From contig OX597816.1 of NCBI GenBank assembly GCA_951406725.2, positions 12,772,001 to 12,836,000 of the forward strand: a stretch of DNA of 64,000 bases, read 5' to 3'. How positions within the stretch are numbered: position 1 is the stretch's first letter; every line of letters starts with the position of its first letter. Positions 10,979 to 23,200 of the stretch are shown piece after piece. The stretch is from Octopus vulgaris (lineage: Eukaryota). The position numbers and the translations under genes were made by a program. Below the pieces are notes generated by a model. That model was not told the origin of the DNA, did not search any database, and saw nothing but the letters and a program-made list of their open reading frames with translations.

Positions 10979-11830
10979 AAAGAAAGACAAATTAAAAGGA
11001 AACGAAAGCAAAAAATTAGAAAAATGGAAACACAAATACAGATAAAATAACGAAAGAAACAAAAAAAAGTAGTAAAACAAAAACAGAACAGAAACGAGAG
11101 AATGGAGAGGAATTAGAATGGTTATAATACAAGCTAAACAGAACCGAGTAAACGAGAACGAGAGAAAGAAATTACTAGAAAAGGAAGAAAGCCGATAAAG
11201 CAAAGTCGATGAAAAATAAGATTAATCCAATAAAATAGAACAAGAAAAGCGAAGCTCTAGAAAGTTCGAGAAAAAGTAAACAAAAAGTAGGAAAATATTT
11301 AGAAGGCTTCGAGTTTTCTTTGAATTTTGTTATTTTGCCAGCAAGATTTTTATCAAGGCCCTTGCTATGTTTCCATATCCGTATGGTGTCTACACAGTCT
11401 CTCAGAACTAATTTTAAAATATCTATTCCACTTTAGGGGAAAATACTGTTAGTGATTATACTGGGATAAAACATTCTGGTTTATGTTTTATTTTTATAAT
11501 TTATTTCTTGTTATTCTATTTTTATTTCGTTGTTGCTGTTGTTACTGTTGTTGTTGTTGTTGTTGTTGTTCCTCTGTTGAACTAATAAATATTCGACGAG
11601 ACACAAAATAAAGAAATAAAATCTGCTCTGTTTATCATTGTACAGGAAACTCCACTGGAAGTGTAGAGTTTGAAAAAATTAATCTCGCTGCTGCGTTTTT
11701 AGCAATATTCACGAAATATACTTTTATCAAAGTTCACATGACTTCCGAGGCATCTACATACGCACACAGCATGCGCACACGCACACAAGCACGCATACAT
11801 GCATTCATGAATATACATATATATATATAT

Positions 11831-12050
11831 GGAGGCGCAATGGCCTAGTGGTTAGGGCAGCGGACTTGCGGTCGGAGGATCGCGGTTTCGATTCCCAGAC
11901 CGGGCGTTGTGTGTGTTTATTGAGCGAAAACACCTAAAAGCTCCACGACGCTCCGGCAGGGATGGTGGTGGTGATCCCTGCTGTACTCTTTCACCACTCT
12001 AAAGGCGGTGCTCCAGCATGGCCGCAGTCAAATGACTGAAACAAGTACAA
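11831..12050 (+). mobile_element. Chimeric SINE: D-type tRNA-like head fused to a B-type tail
   Basis: ggaggcgcaatggcctagtggttagggcagcggac...ctgtactctttcaccactct joined to aaaggcggtgctccagcatggccgcagtcaaatgactgaaacaagta. Confidence 0.8.
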
Positions 12051-12061
12051 AAAAAAAAAAA

Positions 12062-12125
<64 letters not shown>

Positions 12126-12629
12126 AATATATATATATAAAGAAGATATATATATATATGTATATATAAATACATACATATATATATATATATACACACA
12201 TATATATGGCTCTCTACATATATCTATGAATATGAAGAACAAACACACGCGTATGTGCGCATGTATGTATGTGACAGTGTATGTGCGTGTGTGCATGTTG
12301 TTTGTGCATGTGAAAACATACATATTATACATATAAAAATGTTGCTTTTTAAAGTTATTTCTACAGAATTTAAATAGAAATTAGAGCCATGACTGAAAGT
12401 TACAAGGTTTCGTATACGAGTACGTCTATGTAAACAATGTGGTCGAAGATCGTAAAATTGGTGATGAGTGTATATGCATATTTCAGTAGCTTTTGCTCTT
12501 TCTTCAGTGCCACATCCAATTCAATAAACAGCCACAAGCTCCTCGCATGACTGATACCAAATATAGCGGTGTAGCACAAATTGGTTATACCAAATTTACA
12601 TATCAAACTCATTTCTGGCAACTAGTATT

Positions 12630-13143
12630 GTAACCTCCTTCGGTCATGAATGACCATTGGATTGCACCTAGAAAGTTACCCTCCGAGGTACAAGTCTGCG
12701 CAAGGTTGTTTATGGAAGACCAGCAGTCGCCTACGCATACCAGCCTCTCTTCTCCATGCCACCGATGTTATCCAAGGGAAAAGCAAAAGGGGCCGATACA
12801 GCTTGGCACCATTGACGTCGCAGCTCATTTATTAATGTGCACGTGACTGAGCACTCCACAGACACGTATACCCTTAACATAGTTCTTGGGGAGATCCAGC
12901 GTGAAACAGAATGTGACAAGGCTGTCCGTTTGAAATACAGGTACAACAGAAACAGGAAGAAAGAGTGAGAGAAAGTTGTGGTGAAAGAGTACAGCAGGGT
13001 TCACCACCACCCCCTGCCGGAGCCTCGTGGAGCTTTAGGTGTTTTCGCTCAATCAACACTCACAATACCCGGTCTGGGAATCGAAACCGTGATCCTACGA
13101 CCGCGAGTCTGCTGCCCTAACCATAGGGCCATTGCGCCTCCAC
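12630..13143 (-). mobile_element. Chimeric SINE: D-type head and body with a C-type 3' half
   Basis: ccattgcgcctcc head at 13130-13141; C-type 3' half ttgcacctagaaagttaccctcc at 12662. Confidence 0.8.
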
Positions 13144-13385
13144 TGGTAACTAGTACGTATATATAAATTGCTGGAAGAGATGCAGTGTTTCGTTATGCAA
13201 CCATAATATAATATTAAGCATATGAAAGGCTTATAAGTTAATACTGCATCCTATCTGTGTTAGCAGTGCGATTCAATCACCTATTAAAGTCATCTCTACA
13301 AATTTCCGGGGCCAGTTCTGAAAGGTACGGCGCGGTCTATGAAAACCATGTGGTTGAAGATACGAAAATAGGTAACGGGTGTATA

Positions 13386-13795
13386 CTCTTCCTTTACTCT
13401 TTTACTTGTTTCAGGCATTTGACTGTGGCCATGCTGGAGCACCGCTTTTAGTCGAGCAAATCGACCCCAGGACTTATTCTTTGTAAGCCTAGTACTTATA
13501 TTGGGTCTCTTTTGCCGAACGCTAAGTTACGGGGACGTAAACACACCAGCATCGGTTGTCAAGCGATGTTGGGGGGACAAACACAGACACACAAACACAT
13601 ACACACACATATATACATATACATATATACGACGGGCTTCTTTTCAGTTTCCGTCTATCAAATCCACTTACAAGGCTTTGGTCGGCCCGAGGCTGTAGTA
13701 GAAGACACTTGCCCAAGGTGCCATACAGTGGGAATGAACCCGGTACTATGTGGTTCGTAAGCAAGCTACTTACTACACCACCACTCCTACGCCTA
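13386..13795 (-). mobile_element. Full-length SINE-B
   Basis: Runs from the ttttactcttttacttgtttcag tail to the ccactcctacgcct head. Confidence 0.88.
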
Positions 13796-14414
13796 TATGA
13801 ATTTTCATCAGCACCACATCCAACCCATTGACCATGCTCCCATTGACTATACACTGCTAACACAGGTAGGACACAGTATTGAGTTATAAGCCTTTAATAT
13901 ACTTGGTAGAATATTATGGTTGTATAACGAAATACGGTTGTCCTACTAACAATTCATATAAAAATATATGTAATACTCTTTTAGAATTATGTTATACGTG
14001 TAGAATATAGGGAAAATAAATAATCAAAAGCAATCTATCTGAAATTCCAAGTACACACACAAACACACACACGCACACACACAAACACACACACACACAC
14101 ACACGTATATATATATATATATATATATAAATATATACACATACATTTACATACTACACACATGTGCACCAACTCGTACACGTATACCATCGTTATTATA
14201 TTTGCCTTCACTTTTCAAGTTGTAATGGGTTGTTGGACTGTCACGAGCCCTGCCCAAGACCTTTCCTACACATAGCAGCTCCTTCCACAGATTGATAACC
14301 ACACGTCTGAGACTCTTGTGCGGTGTAGAGCAGTCCAGACATCGCCTTGGAAACAATCTGCCTCCTTTACTAACACACCACCGCTTAGAGAGAGAGAGAT
14401 TTTGGGCTCTTGGG

Positions 14415-14472
14415 TAGGAGTACAACAAGGTGATATTCTTACACCTTTTCTGTTTATTGCGATCTTAGATTA
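14415..14472 (+). mobile_element. Non-LTR reverse transcriptase motif remnant
   Basis: GVQQGDILTPFLFIAILDY matches RT motif GVxQGDxLSPxLF (ORF 14318..14614). Confidence 0.6.
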
Positions 14473-14479
14473 TTCAGTG

Positions 14480-14692
14480 GTTTCAATTTTTGGCACAAGG
14501 CCAGCATGTTTTGGGGAAGCGGGTAAGTCTATTACATCGACCCTAGTTCTTACCTGCTACTTATTTACCGATCCCGAAAGGGTGAAAGGCAAAGGCAACC
14601 TCGGCAGAATTTGAACTCAGAACATTAAGACAGACGAAATGCCGCTAAACATTTTGCTTGGCATGTTAACGTCTCTACGAGCTCGCCGCCTT
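14480..14692 (-). mobile_element. SINE-A monomer (diverged)
   Basis: ggcacaaggccag...gaaaggcaaaggcaacctcggcagaatttgaactcagaac...gagctcgccgcctt. Confidence 0.78.
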
Positions 14693-14899
14693 ATTTTCGA
14701 CAATTCATTACGAATTAAAGATCAAAAATATAAGAGACATATTTCCAAAATGCTCCTCAGAAGCAGCAGAAATTATTCTGCAATTATTATCGTGAAAACA
14801 CGAAGTAAGCAATTGTAATAGCTTTTTGATATCAATTACAGACAGAAACTGACATACTCTCCGTCACTACTGGACAAAACTTTTTCTGCTACTAATATA

Positions 14900-15465
14900 T
14901 TGGGTTGTCCGGAAAGTTCGTGCCGATTTTTAAAGGAAAGAAAAAGGTCAATAAATACTTGCCATTACATTTTTAATCAACCACATATGAACCATTTTGT
15001 TGCACAATCCATCTCCATCTTTCCTTTAACTTGAAAATACCCTCTTCACAGAATTGAGGTGGTTCCATAGCAAAGAATTCGTCAAGGTATCTTTTTATGT
15101 TATCCAAGGAATTGAAATTTTTACCATTAAGACTATTCTACAGAGACCTAAATAAGTGGAAATCCGAAGGAGCAATATCTGGTGTATATGGAGGGTGGAG
15201 TAACACATCCCAGCCGAGCTGCAGTAATTTTTGTCTGGTTCCCAAAGCATCAGGTGCCGAAAATGAACTTTCTCATCTTTTATTTTAAAGGGTTACAGAA
15301 TTAACACAGGTTATAGGATCATAAACCTTCTTCCATGAAAAGATAGTTTAAACTATGCTCTAAATGGAGGTGTAGTCAAATCCTAGTTTATAAACTCAAC
15401 CATGTTCTAAAATAAGTCGAAAGGTAAGCTACTATAAATCGGCACGAACTTTACGGACAACCCAA
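14900..15465 (-). mobile_element. Internally deleted mariner transposon with both TIRs and TA TSDs
   Basis: TA|TTGGGTTGTCCGGAAAGTTCGTGCCGATTT ... AAATCGGCACGAACTTTACGGACAACCCAA|TA; minus strand reads LLQLGWDVLLHPPYTPDIAPSDFHLFRSL. Confidence 0.92.
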
Positions 15466-15512
15466 TAGATATGTTATTTGAGACATGAATCTATGTTCAG
15501 TCTACAAGTCTT

Positions 15513-15547
<35 letters not shown>

Positions 15548-16213
15548 GTGAGAAAGGAAATGAGAGAGAGAATTCAAAATTATTTTGGAGAATACAAATT
15601 TAAAGTGATGCTACTAAAAATGTTTGTTTGAACTGCTGGACATGCAGCCGTTATGAACGCTTTGCCTATCTTCGATATATTTTTCCGTTTTGCATCCTTG
15701 GCTGCCTGCATGCATGTCATGGTGCTTCTCTTCATTGTTCTCATTGTTCTTATTGTTCCTATCTGTCTAACTTAACAGTTTTAGTCTAATAACTCTTATG
15801 AAATATTTCTGATAATTTTAAAGTTTGGCTTAATGTCTTAAAAAGGAATTTAGTTTCTGTTTAGTTATCAGAAATCATTAGAGTGTATGAAAGAGAGCGA
15901 CTTCAATCTACCGGTATTGTTCAGGCATAAGATGCGACCAAGCAACTAGAATTAAGAACTAAGAATTTAAAGACGAATATTTCTACACCGTTGCCCTTAT
16001 GTTTCCATAATAATCTTTGCGACTTTATCCAATAACAGACTTATTCCACATATCGATCTGATAAATTTCACAGAAATCTACTCAAGCTGAACAATAAATT
16101 TTCCAGTCTAAGATTCAGGATCGAAAACCATAACTGTAAGAATAAATGTCCAATGTGGCTAATGATTCCAGTTGAAGAATTATTTTTAAGTATTTTCCTT
16201 CGAAACTTTGTCA

Positions 16214-16984
16214 AGGCGCAGGCATAGCTGTGTGATTAGAAGCTTGCTTCAACGTATCAAATGGTTCCGGTTTCAACCTCACTGCATGGCACCTTCGGTG
16301 AATGTCTTGTACTATAGCTTCTTTCTTTAGGTAGTGGTTAGCGATTTTCTTCCCTACTTCAGGGAGTGGCGACCATGCTTGAATCCCGGGCTTAGCAGGC
16401 TCCGGCTGAGAGTACCAAGTATGGGCCCCTATCCGGGGTTACGGAAAGGAGACAACCTTCAAAGAAATCCGGAGTGGAGCCCCGGAGGCGGTTTAGTGTT
16501 CGACTCGACACTCTTCCGGCAGCTCCTGCAATCAAGTTGGTGCCAATCGTAATGCTCAGCAAGGCCGAGAGAGGAATCCTGACGATTGGGCTACGGAGGA
16601 TTTTCTTACATCTAGCCCAGGCCTGCGCAAAACGGGAGAGGAAACTGGAGAGGACATGAAATGTAAAAACCAGACTGGATTAGTTTATGCGCAACTCCAT
16701 TGTCTCCCGATGTTGGTTTGTTTACGTTCACGTAACTTAGTGATTCGGCAAGAGGGAAGGAGAAAATAAGTACTAGGCTTACAAAGATTAAGTCCAGTAG
16801 TCGATTTGTTCCACTAAAAGCATTGCTCCAGCATGGTCGCAGTCAAATGACTGAAACAAGTGAAAGAATAACAGAATATATATATATATTAAAAATATAA
16901 TATATATATATATATATATACATACTAAAAGCATTGCTCCAGCATGGTTGCAGTCAAATGACTGAAACAAGTGAAAGAATAACA

Positions 16985-16990
<6 letters not shown>
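16214..16990 (+). mobile_element. SINE-B split by a GC-rich insert, with its 3' tail tandemly duplicated
   Basis: Head 16214-16322; resumes at ~16705; tail actaaaagcattgctccagcatgg...gaataacagaat at 16813 and again at 16924. Confidence 0.7.
16325..16700 (+). mobile_element. Probable RTE-clade LINE 5' UTR fragment
   Basis: GC-rich island with aaaggagacaacc..aaatccggagtggagcccc..ccggcagctcctgc..ggtgccaa, resembling RTE 5' leaders (recognition only). Confidence 0.45.
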
Positions 16991-17030
<40 letters not shown>

Positions 17031-17035
<5 letters not shown>

Positions 17036-17578
17036 TAATCCAAACAAGAAAGCACAAAAAACACAACGACGCGAGGACGTGGAACAAATATAGTATTATT
17101 GGACGCTCAGGAAAGAAGGAAAGAAGGAGGGTTTAACGTTTTGAGCGGAGCTCTTCGTCGGAAACATAGGAGAAGGAAAGATCCAGAGAAGGGAAGACAG
17201 AGGGAAAAAAAATCCCCAACGGTTCACACGAGGTCACATTATGAAATATTTGTATATATAATTTTGAAATTTGTATATATACACATATATATGTATATAT
17301 GTATGTATATATACACATATATATGTATATATATGTATATATACATATATATATATGTATGTTTCAAAATGTGACCGCGTGTGTACCGTAGGCGATTTTG
17401 TTCCCTCCGTCTTCCCTTCTCTCGATCTTTCATTCTCCTATGTTTGCGACGAAGAGCTCCGCTCGAAACGTTAAACCCTCCTTCTTTCCTTCTTTCCTGA
17501 GCGTCCAATAATACTATATTTGTTCCACGTCCTCACGTTGTTGTTTTCTCTTTGTGTTTTCATGTTTGGATTAACTTT
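17031..17578. mobile_element. Inverted pair of ~210-bp Penelope-like pLTR fragments, each with a variant hammerhead motif
   Basis: 17031-17240 is the approximate reverse complement of 17367-17578; (TA)n flanks; motif GTTT-(C/G)CGACGA-AGAGCTCCGCTC-GAAACGTT-AAAC. Confidence 0.75.
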
Positions 17579-17635
17579 ATATATATATGTATATATATCT
17601 ATATATCTATATCTATATCTATCTATCTCTCTCTC

Positions 17636-17714
<79 letters not shown>

Positions 17715-18513
17715 GTGTGTGTGTGTGTAGATATGTATGTATTAGGCGGACTTCTTTTGGTTTACACGTGCAAAATCTACTGAAAATGGTCAGAATAAAA
17801 TACACTTAATCCGAAGCAACTCTTTGGGAAGCTAACTAATTGCCACAGACCCACGCCGGCGCTCATAGCGAGGTTCTTTCGCATTCGACAACATTACAGA
17901 ACACAGCAGAACCATTTGATGAATTGTTACTCTATGACACATTACATTTACATAAACAACACGCATAATTACTTATGCACTCTAGTGTAATGCGTAATCA
18001 AACGACGTAATTATTGCAGCAATGAGTACGGTTTCCTCATTAACAACAGCGTCAGAATTACACATGTTAATGAGCTGATTGAATGCGTCGGCAATCAATC
18101 AGGAATACACGAATTGATGGAAGCAATCCTACTAGAGACTGTAGCTGCGAGGTTAATACAGGAAACTTCAAAGTCACAATTAGGTTAGTCTTCTATAAGG
18201 AGATGCAACCGAACAAAGTGTGGTACCTGGTTATCTAACACTACATTTTGTAGTTAATATGCCACTGCATGTGTATATACACGTGCATGTAAGATATATA
18301 TATATACATTTATATATATATATACATATATATTTATATACACATATATAAATATATGTTTACATATATGTTTATATATATATACATATGTATATATTTA
18401 TATACACATATAAATATATGTATAGATATATTTAAACATATATGACTATATATATATATATATATATATACATATGTACATATAAATATATATATTTATA
18501 TATATACATATTC

Positions 18514-18570
<57 letters not shown>

Positions 18571-18632
18571 CATACAAAGAGAATGATAATATAAATATAT
18601 ACATCTATATCTATCTATTTATCTTTCTACCT

Positions 18633-18677
<45 letters not shown>

Positions 18678-18929
18678 TATGCATGTATATGTATATATAA
18701 TAGAAATATTAAAATTTCTAAGTCTCTCTAAAGGAGACTATCGTTAGCGGTACTAGATATTAATAGTGATCGCCAAGCTAATATGGCAGTCCAGACATAT
18801 AGAACGAATACTGCCGTTGATTAGCTCCAAGAGGTCATCGCCTCTACCTAGCTATATGACACACAAACCTGTGTCCATTATAACCTTCGAAGAGGGAAGG
18901 TCAACCGCTTCCCGTTGCTGGTCGGGCAC

Positions 18930-18970
18930 ATGAAGACAAGTTTCAGGGTAGTTGCCCCTTATCAATGCAG
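18930..18970 (-). ncRNA. Hammerhead-like motif with U3-A8 core in a pLTR-like insert (18700-19015)
   Basis: Minus strand TGCA-TTGATAA-GGGG(CAACTA)CCCT-GAAAC-TT-GTC-TTCA. Confidence 0.5.
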
Positions 18971-19022
18971 AGCAGCCGAATCCAGCAGACGCGTTACTAA
19001 CCATCTGCATATATATACTAAC

Positions 19023-19099
<77 letters not shown>

Positions 19100-19620
19100 C
19101 ATATATATATATATATTATATATGTGTAAATGTGTGAGCGTGTATGACCGTATGTGTATTGTATGTTTTAGTGTTTACCTGTCTCTTTGTATGTATTCTC
19201 CTTTGTACACCTCTCTGTAAGCGTATTCATACATTTGTGTATGTATGTGTAAACACGGGATCTATGTGGTAGAAAATATTTCAGCTGATCTGTAAAGCGA
19301 AGTCAGATGAAAGTATATAACCAAGGTGCAATACTGTGCGATCTCCCAGTTGCACCACATGATTATATGAACGTCAATGCCGCATATGCAAAAAAAAGAA
19401 AACGTAAGGTACTTTCAGCCATTTTAGGTCCTTTCATCACTGCATAAAAAAAACTTTACCAGAGAAAATCATACTCTCAAACGAGTCGACAACCTCCATC
19501 TTTCATCCTATTAACATGAAAACTTATACCTTGTAACGTCTTCATAAACTTATTAATGAAACCGGTAGACTATTTAAATATTGAATATATCCCATATGTT
19601 ATCACATTGGGCCTAGCTGT

Positions 19621-19670
<50 letters not shown>

Positions 19671-19749
19671 GTCTGTCTGTCAGTCTGTCTGTTTGTCTGC
19701 ATGTCTGCTCGTCTGTCTGCCTTCCTGTCTGTCTGTCTGTCTGTCTGTA

Positions 19750-19800
<51 letters not shown>

Positions 19801-19954
19801 ATGTATATATAGGTGTAGGAGTGGCTGTGTGGTAAGTAGCTTGCTTACCAACTACATGGTTCCGGGTTCAGTCCTACTGCATGGCACCTTTGGCATGTGT
19901 CTTCTACTATAGCCGCAGGCCGGGCAAAACATTGTGAGTGGATTTGGTATCAAG

Positions 19955-20410
19955 AGGATTGCTGTTTGAAGACCCTATGTCTGGCAACAGAACTCTGGAC
20001 CATGCCACACATGTAGGAGAACACGGTTATGGCTGTCAGACAATTTCTGCGATCACACCACCTCTAACCTCTGGTCACCTAACTCCCCAGACAGCAACCC
20101 CCTGGATTATTATGTGTAGGGTGCAAATGAGCGAAAGACCAACAAAACACCTTGTAACACCAAAGATTAACTGAAGGCAAGGATTATGGCAGCATTCACC
20201 AACTTAAACAAGGAAACCGTCGAGTAGAGTTGCAAGAGATTCCAAAATGGTGTGGAGGTCGTGGTTGAAGCCAATGGTGATTTTATTGAATAAATTTACT
20301 CTTTAGTATTTCAAGATATTTTTTATTTAATTTTGGTAAATATAGCTGCTAAAATGAGATGACAGTGTTATTTTCATGTTTGCGTAATTCAGACGACAGT
20401 TTATTCACCA
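19955..20410 (+). mobile_element. Tc1/mariner superfamily (maT/DD37D-like) transposase 3' remnant, inside a SINE-B (head 19811-19950, tail 20540-20735)
   Basis: PYVWQQNSGPCHT...LWSPNSPDSNPLDYYV*GA...LKARIMAAF...VVEANGDFIE* with in-frame stops. Confidence 0.85.
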
Positions 20411-20417
20411 CATGTGT

Positions 20418-20492
<75 letters not shown>

Positions 20493-21292
20493 TCTGTGTC
20501 TGTATCTGTGTCTGCGTCTGCGTGTGTGCATGCGAGCGTGCATGTGCTGGTTTTTCACCGCCGGTTGACGTGTGATGTTGATGCGTTTAACATAGCAGCT
20601 CGGCCAAAGAGACCGATAGAATAAGTACGAGGCTTTAGAGAAAATAAGTACTGAGGTCAATTCGTCCGATTAAAATTCTTCAAGGCGGTGCCCCAACATG
20701 GCTGCAGTCTAATGACTGAAACCAGTAAAAGATATAATGTATAAAACATATAGATAAATATATATATATATAATGGAAAATATACAAAATGATATATATA
20801 AAGTATATACCAACGATATATATGGAAAAATCTATAACAAATTATGTTCTATAAAAATGCAAAACTAGATGCATGTAATAGAATTAATATTAATGGTGTA
20901 TAAAAATAGGAATATTGATACGAAGTAAGAAAATATTATTTTGGTGAATATAAACGTTATTATATGCGAGATATTTTATGACAACTTATATGAAATGATT
21001 TTCTGAAATGTTTATGTAAAAATCTTTATGAAATATTTATAGAATATTCATGACAGTGTTTAACCGTTTTTTCCCCCATTCAACCACATAGTTATATTTA
21101 AATATAATCTATAATATAGTAAACGTTTTCAAGGGTTAATACATTAACACTTTAATAACACAGATTATATAAGTTCGTTATACAGTTTTAATATTTAAAA
21201 ATTAAAAAACCCATCAGTTGAAGGAAACGTGTGAACGAAAATGTCCGATGTAAACTCATAATTTTTTATTCATCTATCTATATTAATTTTTA

Positions 21293-21810
21293 TTGGGCCA
21301 TCCCATAAATAATGTGGGTTTTTTATACTTATTTTATTTTTCAAAATGAAGATAAAGTTCTTTTTAAATCAAAAATATACTATCCATTTTCTATAAAGCT
21401 CTTCAATCCATCTGATAGACTCTTCCAAAATTCACTAGTCCGCGAGGAAAAATACTCCACCAGTACTGTTCTGACCTCGTCTACAGAATTCATATTTTTT
21501 CCCGTCCAAATGATTTTGAAGACTGTGGAATAAATGATAATCAGATGGGGTAACGTCCGGCAAATATGGTGGGTGTGTCATCGTTTCCCATTCAAACTGC
21601 TCCAGCTTTCGGTATGTCATCCTCGCTGTAAGGATGGAGGAATACTTTTCATCTTGAAACCAAAGATGGTCACTTTTCTTCTAGCGCTGACTGAAGCCGC
21701 TCAAGCTGCTCGCAGTAGATCTCCTTTGTTGTCGCTCGGTTTGGATTTAAAGTTCAAAGTGGACTAAAATTTTCATATCACAATAAACGGATATTATTTT
21801 GTCCAACCGC
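21293..21810 (-). mobile_element. Mariner transposase 3' fragment with one TIR
   Basis: ORF 21435..21620 KLEQFEWETMTHPPYLPDVTPSDYHLFHSLQNHLDGK; TA|TTGGGCCATCCCATAAATAATG terminus. Confidence 0.88.
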
Positions 21811-21894
21811 TGTATATATATATATATATATATAATTTTTTTCGCAATGAGATAAAAAACGAAGGTTGAGTAGATTTTAGAACAGAGATAGAAG

Positions 21895-21942
21895 GTCTTA
21901 CAGCTGTTTCCAGGATATTTATTATATGCCTTCAGCGGAGAC
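21895..21942 (-). ncRNA. Decayed minimal hammerhead motif in a pLTR-like fragment (21845-22140)
   Basis: GTCT-CCGCTGA-AGGCATAT(AATAA)ATATCCTG-GAAAC-AGCT-GTA-AGAC; stem I perfect, stem III palindromic ACAGCTGT. Confidence 0.6.
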
Positions 21943-22136
21943 GGTGTGGGAGGATAGTTAAGTAATAATTAATTTAGATAGGATACAAAATAGAGAGTGA
22001 GGTGGAGGAAAGAAAATAGACGTGAGATATGTAGGAATATTGAATTTATAGATCCATTTTTTAAGCAAAATGGTATACGTGTAAGATTCCAATAATTTAT
22101 GAGTAAAATCCAACGGTATTTAAAATGGATCTACAA

Positions 22137-22212
<76 letters not shown>

Positions 22213-22214
22213 CT

Positions 22215-22582
22215 ATTGTCATTAGACTGCGCCATATTGAGGTACCGAAAATACTGAAATATTTTTGAGTCGACTCCAGTAGTTATTGTTTTTTTTATTT
22301 TTCAGCCAGGTATTTGTTTTATCGGGTAATTTTGCTGAACCGTTAAGTTACGGGGACGTAAACACACCAACATCGGTCGTCATATGGCAGATGTGGACAA
22401 ACACAAACACAAATACACACATACACACACATAAATGTGCACATATACTCACACACAAACACGCATATATACTGTGGACTTTGGTCGAAGATATTTGTCT
22501 AAGGTGATATGCGGTTGGACACTTTACCCAGAAACATATCGTAGTGAGGCAAGCTTCTTACCACAGTGCCACGCTAGCGCCT
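22215..22582 (-). mobile_element. Diverged SINE-B
   Basis: ttaagttacggggacgtaaacacaccaacatcggt...aagcttcttaccacagtgcc. Confidence 0.65.
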
Positions 22583-22620
22583 ATAAATTATGGTAAAAAC
22601 CATTGCCCAAGATTGAACAT

Positions 22621-23200
22621 GGGGGCGAGCTTGCAGAAAGGTTAGCACGCCGGGCGAAATGCTCAGCGGTATTTCGTCTGACTTTACGTTCTGAGTTCAA
22701 ATTCCGTCGAGGTCGACTTTGCCTTTCATCCTTTCGGAGTCGATAAATTAAGTACCAGTCACGCACTGTGGTCGATGTAATCGACTTAATCAGTCTGTCT
22801 GTCCTTGTTTGTACTCTCTGCGTTTAGCCCCTTGTGGGTAGTAAAGAAATAGAAATAGGTATTTTGTCTGCCGCTACGTTCTGAGTTCAAATTCCGCTGA
22901 GGTCGACTTTGCCTTTCATCCTTTCATCCTGGGGTCGATATAATCGACTTAATCCATTTGTCTGTCCATGAGTGGCCTTTCAGCGTTTAGCTCCTTGTGG
23001 GTAGTAAAGAAATAGGTATTTCGTCTGCCGTTACTTTCTGAGTTCAAATTCCGCCGTGGTCGACTTTGCCGTTAATCCTTTCGGGGTCGATAAATTAAGT
23101 ACCAGTTACGCACTGGAGTCGATGTAATCGACTTAATCCGTTTGTCTGTCCTCGTTTGTCCCCTCTATGTTCAGCCCCTTGTGGGCAATAAACAAATAAG
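22621..23200 (+). mobile_element. SINE-A trimer
   Basis: One head and three bodies; junctions gaaataggtattt at ~22858 and ~23015. Confidence 0.88.

Noticed and set aside
10228-11203. 172-aa and 288-aa repetitive minus-strand ORFs; also considered as a CRISPR-like array
   Set aside because: By-products of a stop-poor minisatellite; no unique spacers, no cas genes and a eukaryotic context.
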